Virus record (IMG/VR): IMGVR_UViG_3300042564_004671
Reading direction: 5' to 3' (one strand)
DNA: 64,000 nt
Source: an uncultured virus (IMG/VR IMGVR_UViG_3300042564_004671)
Taxonomy: Duplodnaviria; Heunggongvirae; Uroviricota; Caudoviricetes
Shown here: piece by piece, positions 63,624 to 64,000 of the stretch
Layout: each line of letters opens with the position of its first letter
Numbering within the stretch: the stretch's first letter is position 1
The notes under the pieces: model-generated
What the model was told of the DNA's origin: nothing
The model's input: only the letters and a program-made list of their open reading frames with translations
Databases searched by the model: none
Program-made: the position numbers and the translations under genes

Positions 63624-64000
63624 ATGAAACGTAAGAATAAGCTTATATTAGAATTCACAGAATTTAACATGCAAAGAATGAACCCTGATTCAGCGGCTCA
63701 AACAGTTGGAGGTGTAGATGATCCGTCATTATCAACAAATGCCTTTGATAAACACTCAGACGCTATTAGACAAGCGATGGGTAGAATTAATGACATCCTT
63801 TATAATCTTAGTGGTACAAGTGCTTATAAAAATCTTAGAAGTAGATTAGCATTAGAACATCAAGATATTCAAAGTATTAAAATTCTAAGAATTGTTAAGA
63901 ATGAAATTTACTATGATGCTTATATCACGTTCAAAATTGATGATTATGAATACTGGGGAGTTATTGAAAATGTAATGAACGCAAATCCAGAATTAACATC
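63624..64000 (+). CDS. partial ORF running off the window end
   Basis: MKRKNKLILEFTEFNMQRMN..., open to 64000. Confidence 0.65.
   Translation, partial: MKRKNKLILEFTEFNMQRMNPDSAAQTVGGVDDPSLSTNAFDKHSDAIRQAMGRINDILYNLSGTSAYKNLRSRLALEHQDIQSIKILRIVKNEIYYDAYITFKIDDYEYWGVIENVMNANPELT

Noticed and set aside
1..64000. CRISPR array, rRNA, integrase or transposase
   Set aside because: No regularly spaced 25-45-nt repeats, rRNA-like stretches or recognisable transposase/integrase motifs were seen by eye.
1..64000. Alternative genetic code (TAG or TGA recoding, as in some large phages)
   Set aside because: Genes tile densely in the standard code, and conserved proteins are full-length; TAG ends 9485 and 12867, and TGA ends 46102 and 54417.

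Overview
This is a very AT-rich, gene-dense 64-kb segment of a large T4-like (jumbo) phage genome that uses the standard genetic code. The host is probably a member of the Bacteroidota: there are TAnnTTTG/-33 TTG promoters, no Shine-Dalgarno sites, a Bacteroidota-type ribosomal protein bS21 and an Hc1-like small protein. Recognisable genes include a Dam-like methylase, HD hydrolase, Sir2/CobB, DnaJ, bS21, a DNase I-like EEP nuclease, gp46/SbcC ATPase, PhoH, an M28-like peptidase, two Nudix and two HAD proteins, a ligase adenylation domain, a SLOG protein, a metallophosphoesterase, cysteine synthase, RecA/UvsX, a RuvC-like resolvase, tRNA-Cys(GCA) and four very large, probably structural proteins. 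Two portable peptide tags appear to sort the accessory proteome. (1) About 22 unrelated proteins, mostly behind a TAATATATA motif, start with a T4 capsid-targeting-like leader (MKxIKxF/YxxFINE). (2) About 22 small proteins share an R-x-x-K-I-x-x-I/L helix. In at least six to eight of these the helix is fused to or inserted into a short, non-functional fragment of an essential phage protein: terminase Walker A and coupling motifs, major capsid N- and C-terminal pieces, PolB motif B, helicase Walker B, and portal-like and tail-tube-like pieces. This 'core-protein fragment + common tag' family is the best candidate for an undescribed system, such as decoys or baits against host pattern-recognition immunity. 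All homology calls were made by eye from remembered motifs; no database search was run.
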